A DNA stretch of 64,000 nt, from assembly GCA_964628585.1 (NCBI GenBank), contig CAZVMH010000002.1:97751-161750 (forward strand), in the 5' to 3' direction. This stretch comes from an uncultured Candidatus Saccharibacteria bacterium. Lineage in GTDB: Bacteria > Patescibacteriota > UBA1384 > XYA2-FULL-43-10 > 1-14-0-10-43-13. Below, piece after piece: positions 1-10,184 of this stretch. Made by a program: the position numbers and the translations under genes. The notes beneath the pieces are model-generated. The model was given only the letters and a program-made list of their open reading frames with translations. It was not told where the DNA came from and searched no databases. Position 1 is the first letter of the stretch; each line of letters begins with the position of its first letter.

Positions 1-520
1 AGATTTTTTCACGCATTCTACCCTCGTGTCCAGCAAGGCCTTTCCATGCTTCAGCGAAACTACGGCCAACAGCAGAACCACCAATCATCCAACCGGCAAC
101 TGCTCCTGTACCGCCAGTTGCAAGTCCAAGTAGAGAAGCAATTGCGGCAGTTTTGCCTGTCTTCCAGCCAACATTGGCAACCCTTCTTAAAATTTCGTTT
201 CCAATGTTATGTCTTGCTGTTCCAGTTGCTGCATCATATGTAAAATCGTCCTCGCCACCAAGGAATAATCTCATTCTGTTCCACCACATATCCAGATTTC
301 TGTCACCATATAATTGTTGCAGTCGTTCTGTTCTTTGTGTGGCTTCCCATTGACCAGATCTGACTCTTTCAACCAAACTATTTATTTCTTCGTTTCTGGC
401 ATAATTGTCTTCACGCTCAATTTGACCGGCACCAGGACCTGGTACGGCAGGAGCGTCTTTATTTTCCGAATCTACAACGTTTTCAATATACGGACTATCG
501 TCTCTTTCGGGACTTGCCAT
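1..520 (-). CDS. Partial hypothetical protein (runs off the window start) with a Gly-rich hydrophobic (glycine-zipper-like) segment
   Basis: Not in the ORF track. Read manually: ATG at 520 overlaps the upstream TAA (TAATG) and follows GGAGGAG. Open frame MASPERDDSPYIENVVD...AAIASLLGLATGGTGAVAGWMIGGSAVGRSFAEAW... continues to base 1. Confidence 0.8.
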   Translation of the reverse strand, partial: MASPERDDSPYIENVVDSENKDAPAVPGPGAGQIEREDNYARNEEINSLVERVRSGQWEATQRTERLQQLYGDRNLDMWWNRMRLFLGGEDDFTYDAATGTARHNIGNEILRRVANVGWKTGKTAAIASLLGLATGGTGAVAGWMIGGSAVGRSFAEAWKGLAGHEGRMREKI

Positions 521-864
521 TACTCCTCCTTATCTTGCATCAGCTGAACCATTTCCATTTTATAGATAATCGATTCCTGTGCGTAAATTTGGTCCACGTT
601 AATATTTAGTCCTTTCATATATTGATCAAACTCCTCTTTGCTGGCTCTCTTTACAATTTCTTTTAGCTTTTTAGCCTCTTCGTCACTAAGTTGGTCATCG
701 ATTTTTGCAATAACTCTTGTTTCAATTGTTTCAATCATGCTCTTGTAGATCTGTTGTTTCTGTTCTTCTGGCATTTCTTTTGCTCCCATCAATTCCAGAA
801 TATCCTTATCAATAATTTCGTCTGCTGTATACTTATTTTTTCCTGTTTGTGCATTTGAGTCCAT
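520..864 (-). CDS. DUF5663-like small acidic helical protein typical of CPR
   Basis: DILELMGAKEMPEEQKQQIYKSMIETIETRVIAKIDDQLSDEE pattern recalls the CPR DUF5663 family. Confidence 0.6.
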   Translation of the reverse strand: MDSNAQTGKNKYTADEIIDKDILELMGAKEMPEEQKQQIYKSMIETIETRVIAKIDDQLSDEEAKKLKEIVKRASKEEFDQYMKGLNINVDQIYAQESIIYKMEMVQLMQDKEE

Positions 865-989
865 AAAATTCCTTTTTTAATCTAATTGTTTATATTTTAC
901 CATAAAATGATATTTGAATATATCAAAATGGTTTACTTAAAGGAATTTCTGCAATATAATGTAATAAATACTCAAATGGAGGGTTTTTT

Positions 990-2603
990 ATGTTTGCGGT
1001 TAATTTACCAAACAAAAATTTAACTGAACGCCATCTTGGGCCAGAGGGGATCAGTAATTTAAGGTCTCAAATTGATAATGGTATACCTGTTCCTCAAGAG
1101 GACATCGATTTGATGTATGATGAAATTTCAAAGAAAATATTGTCAGATATTGACTCAAATTCAGATCTGAAATCGGAAACTGCAGAAAATATTCGAACAG
1201 CGGTGCCGTTTGAGGCGACTGATATGGGTCCGGATAAAGATGGTGAATCAGTAAAGCCAGAAGTTGTGGATAAGTCAGAATCAAAAGAGGATATCGAAAA
1301 AGAACGGGCCGAGTTGCGAGAACAAATTGAACATTACAACGAATATGTTCAGGAAGCACTCGATGCTGAAACAAAAATTAAAGACCTAGGAGATCAAGCG
1401 GGGATTGCAAAGGATGAAATAATTGCAGCTATTGTCAATGTGGAGGATCCTTTCTTTCATCCAGCAACACCAGGTTTAGTTAGAAGCCGACTTTTGACAG
1501 AACGATCAAGAATTGCAGGTGGAGACGACAAACTTAGTCAATTAAAAGAGCAATGTGACCAAAAATTGGGCAGTTTGGCTAGTCTAGGCGAAAAGATCGA
1601 AGCAGTTCGAGAACAAATTAACTCACTATTCAAAAGTATGTTATCAGCGTGCAGGGGCCAGAAAGAAGTGGCAGATCTGCGTGATTTTATTAATGAAATT
1701 AGATTTTATGATCAGGAACTTCAAATATTACAGAGAGATGAAGTTGAGGCGCGTTATCGCGATATGAAGGAGGGTCTAGGGGCAGATTGTGCTGCCAGAA
1801 TGGTGGAAATTTCAAAAACTAATAAATCAATAAAGGAAACCGTGGAGGAACCCGTGCCTAGCGTAATAGAACGAAAACCTAAAGAATCTACAGATCAGAC
1901 TCAAGCCATTGTTCAGGAAACTACAGGGACAGGTCAGGGCGTTGGATTTGAAACATTTGTTCCAAATCAACAACCAGTAGTAGAGACAGGAGCAGTCCAA
2001 GAAGACAAAAGTTTTGGACCAAATCAAGACATAAAGTTGCCGGGTGTGACAGAGGGTTCTATTGAAAACGAACAGAAGATTGCGAAGATTCAAGAAGAGC
2101 TCAAGGAGCCACCACTTCAAATGCCAACTTCTCCGCAAGATGCTGATACTGCCAAACCAGAAGGCACTTCAACGGGAGAGGGTGTAGAGCAAATTGCCGA
2201 TTTAGAGGGGCATACAATGGAAGTTGATTATCAACATCCTCAAGACGGAGCTGGTGTTACTGTAAATGCTCCGGAAAAAGTTGCGACCGAAGAGTCTACT
2301 CTGCCAGAGGCTCCAACGGTCGCGGAAAATCAAACTGTTGGTGTCAGTACCGATCAGCCCGCTCCAGAAGCACAAGTTCAGACTCCAATTCAACCCGAAG
2401 TACCTGTGGTGGCATCACCAGAACAATCAAAAGAAGTTGTATCTTCGGAAACTCCAGTAAAAGAGAAACAAAAAGGTGGTATAGGAGCTTTCTTAGGAAG
2501 ATTTTTAAAGAAAAATCATGATCCGACATCAAATGAAGCGGCAGAATTAGACAAAATGGTAACAGAGGAAAGAAAAGAGGCGGGGACCGCTCAACAAGAA
2601 TAA
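990..2603 (+). CDS. Hypothetical protein: coiled-coil N-half, acidic Pro/Thr/Glu-rich disordered C-half
   Basis: 537-aa ORF with GGAGG upstream; low-complexity composition; no recognised family. Confidence 0.75.
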   Translation: MFAVNLPNKNLTERHLGPEGISNLRSQIDNGIPVPQEDIDLMYDEISKKILSDIDSNSDLKSETAENIRTAVPFEATDMGPDKDGESVKPEVVDKSESKEDIEKERAELREQIEHYNEYVQEALDAETKIKDLGDQAGIAKDEIIAAIVNVEDPFFHPATPGLVRSRLLTERSRIAGGDDKLSQLKEQCDQKLGSLASLGEKIEAVREQINSLFKSMLSACRGQKEVADLRDFINEIRFYDQELQILQRDEVEARYRDMKEGLGADCAARMVEISKTNKSIKETVEEPVPSVIERKPKESTDQTQAIVQETTGTGQGVGFETFVPNQQPVVETGAVQEDKSFGPNQDIKLPGVTEGSIENEQKIAKIQEELKEPPLQMPTSPQDADTAKPEGTSTGEGVEQIADLEGHTMEVDYQHPQDGAGVTVNAPEKVATEESTLPEAPTVAENQTVGVSTDQPAPEAQVQTPIQPEVPVVASPEQSKEVVSSETPVKEKQKGGIGAFLGRFLKKNHDPTSNEAAELDKMVTEERKEAGTAQQE

Positions 2604-2605
2604 AG

Positions 2606-2686
2606 GGTATCATACCTCAGGGCAAGCCCTGCACTCTGTTCCGATTCATCGGAACATGTTGCCCCTACAAGTCGGGGCGGTATTTC
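2606..2686. repeat. Composite nested palindromic (REP/MITE-like) element
   Basis: ATACC..CAGGGCAAGCCCTG, TGTTCCGA-TTCA-TCGGAACA and GCCCC-TACAAGTC-GGGGC hairpins, closed by GGTAT. Confidence 0.55.
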
Positions 2687-2730
2687 ACCTTTTTACGCAC
2701 TGAATTCTTTACTAAGATATCTTGTAATAA

Positions 2731-5277
2731 ATGAATCAATACAGTTATTCAAATGGAGGATATAATAGCGGAGTCGAATCAGCCGGCCTTGCCTGGTGGA
2801 TTTTTGCGTTAATTAGTATTGCAATTGGAATTTTGGGCTATATCGCGTATTTAGCGATTCGTAAATCAATAATTCGCAAAAATCAAATTGCTCTGACTCG
2901 TGATTGGGTAATGTATAAAATCTCTGTACCAAAGGAGTTTCATGCCGAGGAAGATGATCAGCGTAAAAATTTTCAAGAAATGATGGCAGTGGTAGAACCA
3001 TTTTATGCTAACCTAAATTCAATTTTTACTGATTCAATTGAAAAAAAATGGACCGGACAGGATCACATCTCATTAGAAATTATTGCAAAAAACAATTTGA
3101 TATACTTTTATGTCGGTTGTCCTAGAAGGATCTCTGAAATTGTAGTAAAAAATCTGCATGCCCAGTATCCACACGCCGAAATTGTATTAGACGATCAATA
3201 TTCAATATTTCCAGATAAACCTCTCAAAATTGGAGCGGCTATTTTGGGGTTAAAAAAGCCATTTATGTTTCCAATAAAAACGTATCGACTTTTGGAAGAA
3301 GACCCGCTTAATGCAATAACTAATTCTCTTTCAAAATTTAAGGAAGATGAATCAGCTGGAATTCAATTTTTACTTCGGCCAGCTAACTCAATGTGGCGTA
3401 TTGCGGTAGAGAGAACTGCCTACAATCTTCAACATGGTAAAGTGAAAATTACTTCAAACTCTCCAGGGTTAAAGGCAATGGATACTATTTTTAATGTTCT
3501 GGGATCGGTGGCAAAAACTGCGACGACAGGAGACTCAGAATCGAAAAAAGACGGATTGATCGACGAGAATAAGTTAACTCCAATGCAGGAGAGTCAGGTT
3601 AAATTACTTGGCGAAAAAGCCTCAAAACTTGGTTTTGAGTGCCAAATTCGTGTTATGACAGTATCACCAACACAGGAAATGGCAGATCAAAATGTGAAAG
3701 AAATCTGCTCCGCTTTTAGCCAATTTAACGCTCCTGAGTCCAACGGATTGGTGAAAAAAAGAGCTAAAAAGAAAGCGGAAGAAATTGCGAACTACGTTTT
3801 TCGTATTTTTGGACCCGGTAAAAGATTAATTCTAAACACTGAAGAGCTTTGCACAATATACCATTTACCAAACAGATTTTTAGAGGCACCTTCCATTGCT
3901 TGGCTTTTATCTAGAAAATCGGCTCCGCCGTTTAATCTACCAACCGAGGGGACGATCATTGGAAATAGTGTATTTAGAGGAGAGACAAAACCTATACGCA
4001 TGGCCGAAAAGGATAGATTGAGACATATTTATATGATAGGTAAAACTGGCGTAGGTAAAACAGTTTTGTTTCAGAATATGATTGCCCAAGATATTGCTGA
4101 AGGCAGGGGAGTATGCTACTTAGATCCGAATGGAGATGCAGCTGAGTGGATTTTGCGTCATGTGCCGAAGGAACGGGCAGACGATGTAATATATTTTGAT
4201 CCTTCCGATATTGAGAGACCTTTTGGCCTAAACATGCTTGAGTGGAAAACACCAGAGCAAAGAGACTTTTTGGTTCAGGAAGCAATTCAGATGTTTTACA
4301 AACTATTTGATCCAAATCAAACCGGTATGGTTGGGCCACAGTTTGAACATTGGATGCGAAACGCTTCGCTTACTTTAATGATGCATCCAGATGGTGGCAC
4401 TATCATTGATATCCCAAGACTTTTCACAGATCCAGATTTTGAAAAAGATAGAACAAAATATGTGACAGATCCGGTTGTAAAATCGTTTTGGGAGAAACAG
4501 ATGGCAAAGACAGCTGACTTTCACAAGTCTGAAATGTTAAACTACTTCACCTCGAAATTTGGTCGTTTTATGACCAACGATATGATGAGAAACATTTTGG
4601 GTCAAACTAAATCTTCGTTTGATTTTCGCGAAGTAATGGATAATAAAAAAATACTAATTTGTAATCTTTCTAAAGGAAAGATAGGGGAGATTAATACTTT
4701 TCTTTTAGGTATGATCATTGTTTCAAAGTTGGCGATGGGAGCATTTTCGCGTCAGGACATTAACGAAGAAGAGAGAGTACCATTTTTCTTATATGTAGAC
4801 GAGTTTCAGAACTTTATTACCGATGTCTTTGCCACAATACTTTCGGAATCCAGAAAATATAAATTGGCTCTCAACATTACAAATCAATATATTGCTCAGC
4901 TAGACGACAAGGTTCGCGAAGCAGTTATTGGTAATGCTGGTACCTTACTTGCTTTTAGAATTGGAGCAGCTGATGCAGAGTTTTTAATAAAAGAGTTCGA
5001 TCCTGTTAAGGCAGATGATATGACTAGTATCGATAAATACAATTTCTACATTAAGATGTTGATAGATGGTTCTCCGACAAAACCGTTCAATGGTTTAGGT
5101 ATTTGGCCAGACAATCCTGAAGGTAATATTGAATTAGGAAACTCTATAAGGGAATTGTCTCGTTTAAAGTTTGGTCGTCCCCGTGAAATTGTGGGTGCTG
5201 AAATTTTAGAACGGTCCAAAGTCGATGTTATAGATTTGCCAGGAATTGGGGCGACCGACAACAATTCAAAATTATAG
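2731..5277 (+). CDS. TraD/TrwB-like (DUF87/HerA-FtsK family) coupling-protein ATPase with N-terminal TM helix
   Basis: N-terminal TM, RLRHIYMIGKTGVGKT Walker A, LDPNGD, LYVDEFQNF Walker B, SESRKY, NQYIAQL. Confidence 0.85.
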   Translation: MNQYSYSNGGYNSGVESAGLAWWIFALISIAIGILGYIAYLAIRKSIIRKNQIALTRDWVMYKISVPKEFHAEEDDQRKNFQEMMAVVEPFYANLNSIFTDSIEKKWTGQDHISLEIIAKNNLIYFYVGCPRRISEIVVKNLHAQYPHAEIVLDDQYSIFPDKPLKIGAAILGLKKPFMFPIKTYRLLEEDPLNAITNSLSKFKEDESAGIQFLLRPANSMWRIAVERTAYNLQHGKVKITSNSPGLKAMDTIFNVLGSVAKTATTGDSESKKDGLIDENKLTPMQESQVKLLGEKASKLGFECQIRVMTVSPTQEMADQNVKEICSAFSQFNAPESNGLVKKRAKKKAEEIANYVFRIFGPGKRLILNTEELCTIYHLPNRFLEAPSIAWLLSRKSAPPFNLPTEGTIIGNSVFRGETKPIRMAEKDRLRHIYMIGKTGVGKTVLFQNMIAQDIAEGRGVCYLDPNGDAAEWILRHVPKERADDVIYFDPSDIERPFGLNMLEWKTPEQRDFLVQEAIQMFYKLFDPNQTGMVGPQFEHWMRNASLTLMMHPDGGTIIDIPRLFTDPDFEKDRTKYVTDPVVKSFWEKQMAKTADFHKSEMLNYFTSKFGRFMTNDMMRNILGQTKSSFDFREVMDNKKILICNLSKGKIGEINTFLLGMIIVSKLAMGAFSRQDINEEERVPFFLYVDEFQNFITDVFATILSESRKYKLALNITNQYIAQLDDKVREAVIGNAGTLLAFRIGAADAEFLIKEFDPVKADDMTSIDKYNFYIKMLIDGSPTKPFNGLGIWPDNPEGNIELGNSIRELSRLKFGRPREIVGAEILERSKVDVIDLPGIGATDNNSKL

Positions 5278-5411
5278 TATTCAGATAACAGAATACAGAT
5301 AACAGCCACTATCTATAGTAGCGCATATTTGTAATGGTTAATCTGTTTTTTTGTTGACGAATTAAAGATTATATGGTAAGATATTTTCAAGTTCATAATA
5401 AAAAAACAAAA

Positions 5412-5912
5412 ATGGCAGAAGAAAAAGAATTACAAATTATCAGGCAGCTTTTAGATAACGTTGAAAACCAGATTCGTCAGGTTAGAAGTATTTTATTTGC
5501 AAAAGAGATAAACAAAAAAGCTAAAGCGCTTGATCTTGAATCTCAGGGGGATATTATTGAAGGTATTTATAGTGGCGAGGAAATGGTAGACGCTGAAGGT
5601 AAGAGTCATCCTGTTCCTCCAAACTATGCTTCAAAGTCCAAACTAGTGCCTGGTGATGTTCTGAAATTGACGATTCTTCCAGACGGTTCATTTATTTATA
5701 AACAGATAGGGCCAGTTAAAAGAAAAAAAATAGTGGGAGTATTGGAAGATATCGGAAAAGGAAAATTTGTAGTAAATGCTGATAACAAAAAATATCGTGT
5801 TCTTTATGCTTCAGTAACCTATTTTAAAGCAGTAGATGGTGACAATTTAACAATTATTGTTCCAGAAAAAGGCGAGTCAGAGTGGGCTGCAATTGAAAAT
5901 ATTATTAAATAA
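5412..5912 (+). CDS. Conserved CPR hypothetical protein (small beta-barrel/OB-like)
   Basis: IEGIYSGEEM...PVPPNYASKSKLVPGDVLKLTI...FIYKQIGPV motif is typical of CPR. Start moved to MAEEK, downstream of a TTGACG-17-TAAGAT promoter. Confidence 0.75.
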   Translation: MAEEKELQIIRQLLDNVENQIRQVRSILFAKEINKKAKALDLESQGDIIEGIYSGEEMVDAEGKSHPVPPNYASKSKLVPGDVLKLTILPDGSFIYKQIGPVKRKKIVGVLEDIGKGKFVVNADNKKYRVLYASVTYFKAVDGDNLTIIVPEKGESEWAAIENIIK

Positions 5913-5938
5913 TACAAATATAATTAAATAAGAAAACT

Positions 5939-6967
5939 ATGGCAATCAAAAACTTTAGTCCTTACAAAATTGTAAATGAGGCAAAACAGAATTTAAAACC
6001 AAATGAGCAAAGAGTCACTTCTGGTCGTTTTGGTATCGGTGAAGAAAGAAAGACGTTGTCGTCTATCGGGAAGGAACTAAAGCTTTCCAGAGAACGTGTC
6101 CGTCAGATAGAGAAAGATGCCCTTAAAAAACTTTCTGTTTTAATTATTGAAAAAGAAAATATTAATATAGAAAATATTCTGACTGCTTTTGCTGAAGTCG
6201 GAGGCGTTGCTAAGCATGATCAGATTGCCGAAAAGTTTTTGGAAAAGATACAACATAAAGATATTAATGAATTTAATTCTTTAAACTTAATTTTTACCCT
6301 AATCCCACAACTTAAAAAAATTGAGAAGACAAAAGAATTGGAAGCAAGTTGGATTTTTTCTACGATTGACAAAGAAGATATTACCAAAGTTGTTGAAGAT
6401 TGGGCCAAACATCTTTCAAAAACAAAAACACCTGAAAGTGTAGATATTTTGCGAAATGTTAATCCCGAAAATGGAAAATATGAGATCACTTTTCTCTCAG
6501 AACTACCATTGGTTAGTAAAAAAATTATTAAAACTGAAGATGGCAAAATTGGTTTATCTTCTTGGCCAGAAATTAATCCGCGTAATGTTCGTGATAAAAT
6601 CTATTTTATTCTAAAAAAAGAAGGTAAACCTACTCACTTTGATGACATTGCAAAGAAAATTAACGCTGAGAATTTAGACGCAAAAAAAGTTGTAAGGGCA
6701 ACTGTTCATAATGAACTAATTGCTGACAAAAGATTCGTCTTAGTTGGCCGTGGCATATATGCTTTAACTGAATGGGGTTATAAGCCCGGTACAGTTAAAG
6801 ACATGATAGTAGAAACTCTAAAAAAACATCCAAATGGTATTTCTGCTAACCAAATTGTTGACGAGGTTTTAAAACAGAGAACAGTTAAAAAAAATACAAT
6901 TTTAATTAATTTGCAGACTAAATCTGATTTTATAAAAGTAGGGGATAAGTACTCTCTTAAATCGTAA
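5939..6967 (+). CDS. Sigma70 region-4 HTH plus HARE-HTH (RNAP delta-like) domain protein
   Basis: RFGIGEERKTLSSIGKELKLSRERVRQIE (sigma r4); ATVHNELIADKRFVLVGRGIYALTEWGY (HARE-HTH). Confidence 0.8.
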   Translation: MAIKNFSPYKIVNEAKQNLKPNEQRVTSGRFGIGEERKTLSSIGKELKLSRERVRQIEKDALKKLSVLIIEKENINIENILTAFAEVGGVAKHDQIAEKFLEKIQHKDINEFNSLNLIFTLIPQLKKIEKTKELEASWIFSTIDKEDITKVVEDWAKHLSKTKTPESVDILRNVNPENGKYEITFLSELPLVSKKIIKTEDGKIGLSSWPEINPRNVRDKIYFILKKEGKPTHFDDIAKKINAENLDAKKVVRATVHNELIADKRFVLVGRGIYALTEWGYKPGTVKDMIVETLKKHPNGISANQIVDEVLKQRTVKKNTILINLQTKSDFIKVGDKYSLKS

Positions 6968-7061
6968 CCAGCTTTATTATGTCAGTAGTATAGATGTTTC
7001 TTTTGATGTATAATAAAAACAACGGTTAAATCAATCGGGGTTTTTTACATAAGAAAGTCAA

Positions 7062-10000
7062 ATGGAATACTTTGTTTTCGTTATAATAGCGGTTTTAATA
7101 GCGGTACCTTGGTACCTTATTTCTGCGATGAAAAAAACTAGAAACGAACAAAGGAAAATTGATTGGCACTCAAATTTAAAGTTAACTACTTTGCGCATTG
7201 ATGTGCCAAAAAATAATGATAAAGCGCCTCTTTCGGCTGAGCAGATGTTCGCTGCTATTCATGGTATATATTCAGCATCATCTTTAGAGCAATACCATTT
7301 AAGTTTTGAATTAGTAGCAAAAGATAAGTTTATTCAATTTTATGTCACAGTTCCTACTCACCTTAAAGATTTTGTTGAGGGACAAATTTATGCTCAGTAT
7401 CCAACAGTAGAGATAAGTGAAGTTCCAGACTTTACGACAGGCAAGAAAGCACACGAATTGAACTTTTCTCTTTGTGAACTAAAAATGACAAAACCGGATG
7501 TCTACCCAATTCGTTTTTTTGACAGTTTCGACGTAGATCCGCTTTCAGGCATTACTTCGGTGATGGGGAAGCTTGGTCAAAACGAAGAAGTTTGGTTTCA
7601 ACTAGTTACTAAGCCAGTTGGAGACGAGTGGCAAGACAAAGGCAATAGTATTGTAAGTAGTGTTCGTGCAGGTAAAAAACCTGGTGGTCAGGCGATATTT
7701 GATTCGTTTATTTCGGGATTTAAAAACTTTTTGAAAATATTTTTGGCTCATGCTATAAATCCTTCAGCTGAAATAGCAGAGGAAAAACCATCTGAAATAA
7801 AACTACCTTCAACCGTGGAAGAAGCACTCAAAGGGATAGAACAAAAAATTACAAAATTGGGGTTTGAGTCAAAAATTCGTATACTCTGTATTGCAAACGA
7901 TCCAATGACAGCCTCTGTAAAATGTCAGAGCATTGCGGCAGCTTTTAAACAATTTAACACTACAAATTTAAATGGTTTTGTTTCTGGCGAAATTAAAAAA
8001 AATGATTTCGATGCTTGGCAAATGTTTGTTAACAGGGAATTCGTAGATAAAGGTAATATTTTTAACATTTCAGAGTTAGCCTCTATCTATCACTTACCCA
8101 ATCAAACAGTTGAAACGCCAAATATAGTCTGGTCTGGTTTTAAGAAAGGCGAACCACCTGCAAACTTACCCCTTGATTCAAACACTCCAGCAGAAACTTT
8201 AACAGCAATCGGGTCTACAAATTTTAGAAATGTCTATGCTGATTTTGGTATTAAACTCGATGATCGAAGACGTCACATTTATATTATTGGTAAGTCAGGT
8301 ACAGGTAAATCTACTTTAATTGAAAATATGGCCATAGATGATGTTTATGAGGGCAGGGGAGTAATTATAGTTGATCCTCATGGAGAATTGGCGGAAAAAA
8401 TTTTATCATGCGTTCCAACAGAAAGAATTAAGGATGTAATAATTTTTGATCCATCTGATCGTGGTTTTCCAGTAGCATTCAACCTTTTAGAAATGGTAGA
8501 TGATGATTTTAAGGGCATGGTTGCTTCTGGTTTTGTCGGGATTTTTAAGAAAATCTTTGGTGAATCTTGGGGCCCTCGTCTAGAGCATATTTTACGAAAT
8601 ACCGTTTTGGCTTTACTTGATAATCCAAACTCAACAATGCTGGATATCCCAAGAATGTTGACAGACAATCACTTTCGAGACAAGGTTGTAACAAAAGTTA
8701 AAGATCCAGTGATTCGTGACTTCTGGGTTAATGAATTTGCTCAATATGATGCTAAATTTAGGACAGAAGCGGTTTCTCCAATTTTAAACAAGGTTGGTCA
8801 GTTTCTGGCAACTGCAACTATCAGAAATATTGTAGGGCAACCTCATTCCAAAATAAATATTCGTGAAATTATGGATCAGAAGAAGATACTGGTTGTTAAT
8901 CTATCTCGCGGAAAAATTGGTGAAGATAATTCTGCCTTACTTGGTGCCATGATGATTACAAAAATACAGCTTGCGGCAATGAGTCGAGCTGATGTTACAG
9001 TCGATAAAAGAGAAGATTGTTTTCTGTATGTAGATGAGTTTCAAAACTTTGCTACTGATTCCTTTGCCGTAATTTTGTCTGAGGCGAGAAAGTATAACTT
9101 GTGTTTGACAATGGCAAATCAATATATCGAACAGATGCCAGAAAGTGTTAGAAGTGCTGTTTTTGGTAATGCTGGTACAATAATTGCTTTTCGTGTTGGT
9201 GGAACCGACGCAAGCTTTTTAGTTCGAGAATTTGAGCCAGTTTTTGACGCAAATGATATGGTTAATCTAGATAAGTTTAATATTTATATTAAACTTTTGA
9301 TAGACGGTATTTCTGGACCAGCTTTTTCAGCAAGAACCTTCCCACCTGTGCAAAAAATTGCCGGAAATGCAGATGAAATTTTAACATATTCTAGAGATCA
9401 TTATTCTGCTCCACGTGCGCTAGTAGAAGAGAGAATTGCTAATCGAGATGAAGAAGAAAAGAAAGAAATGTTGGCAGAAGCAGAAGCATTTAAATCTGGT
9501 GGGCTAGAAGCTTTGTTGGTAAAAAAGGGGACAACACCAAACACAATACCACCTGCGGTTGAGACAATAGAACCAAAAGAAATTGTTCCAAAAAAAGAAG
9601 AAAAAGAGGAAAAAATTATTAAGGAAAAAACGGAAAAGAAACCATCAAAACCTCGAGTATTTAAATATCAAAATATTATTGGAGATAAAATCTATAAAGA
9701 ACAAACTGCTAAAGGGGGAGTGAAGTGGTTTATTGGTGAGAGTATAGATTGGGAAAAAATGAAAGAAACTGAGGTAGAAATTGGTCCTGAAGCTGAGAAA
9801 ACAATTGAACTAGCTAAAAAAGTTGCTCACGAATCGGAGCATAGATCTATTCATCAATCAGGTAGTCCATCAAAAATAGAGAAGAAAGAAGAAATCTCAA
9901 ATAGTGTAATCGAAGATAAAACACAAGAGGAAGAAACACAAGCACCCAATGTGAAAGAAGATAATATATCCGAAAAAAAACCAGTCGAAAAAATCGATGA

Positions 10001-10175
10001 TAAAGCAGGGGAGTCTCTTCCTAAAAAAAATGATGATATCCCAAAAGTAGATACAGATAACGGTACTAATGTTTCAAATCAAAACACAACGCAAACAAAT
10101 AATTCAGATAATAATCCTGGCCCTCAAGTCTTAAAGTCAGGTCACTTACAAGACGGAGAAGAGGAAAAACTCTGA
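7062..10175 (+). CDS. Second TraD/TrwB-like (DUF87) coupling-protein ATPase with long charged C-terminal tail
   Basis: DDRRRHIYIIGKSGTGKST, VDPHGE, LYVDEFQNF, SEARKY; clear paralog of 2731-5277. Confidence 0.85.
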   Translation: MEYFVFVIIAVLIAVPWYLISAMKKTRNEQRKIDWHSNLKLTTLRIDVPKNNDKAPLSAEQMFAAIHGIYSASSLEQYHLSFELVAKDKFIQFYVTVPTHLKDFVEGQIYAQYPTVEISEVPDFTTGKKAHELNFSLCELKMTKPDVYPIRFFDSFDVDPLSGITSVMGKLGQNEEVWFQLVTKPVGDEWQDKGNSIVSSVRAGKKPGGQAIFDSFISGFKNFLKIFLAHAINPSAEIAEEKPSEIKLPSTVEEALKGIEQKITKLGFESKIRILCIANDPMTASVKCQSIAAAFKQFNTTNLNGFVSGEIKKNDFDAWQMFVNREFVDKGNIFNISELASIYHLPNQTVETPNIVWSGFKKGEPPANLPLDSNTPAETLTAIGSTNFRNVYADFGIKLDDRRRHIYIIGKSGTGKSTLIENMAIDDVYEGRGVIIVDPHGELAEKILSCVPTERIKDVIIFDPSDRGFPVAFNLLEMVDDDFKGMVASGFVGIFKKIFGESWGPRLEHILRNTVLALLDNPNSTMLDIPRMLTDNHFRDKVVTKVKDPVIRDFWVNEFAQYDAKFRTEAVSPILNKVGQFLATATIRNIVGQPHSKINIREIMDQKKILVVNLSRGKIGEDNSALLGAMMITKIQLAAMSRADVTVDKREDCFLYVDEFQNFATDSFAVILSEARKYNLCLTMANQYIEQMPESVRSAVFGNAGTIIAFRVGGTDASFLVREFEPVFDANDMVNLDKFNIYIKLLIDGISGPAFSARTFPPVQKIAGNADEILTYSRDHYSAPRALVEERIANRDEEEKKEMLAEAEAFKSGGLEALLVKKGTTPNTIPPAVETIEPKEIVPKKEEKEEKIIKEKTEKKPSKPRVFKYQNIIGDKIYKEQTAKGGVKWFIGESIDWEKMKETEVEIGPEAEKTIELAKKVAHESEHRSIHQSGSPSKIEKKEEISNSVIEDKTQEEETQAPNVKEDNISEKKPVEKIDDKAGESLPKKNDDIPKVDTDNGTNVSNQNTTQTNNSDNNPGPQVLKSGHLQDGEEEKL

Positions 10176-10184
10176 AAATTTTCA

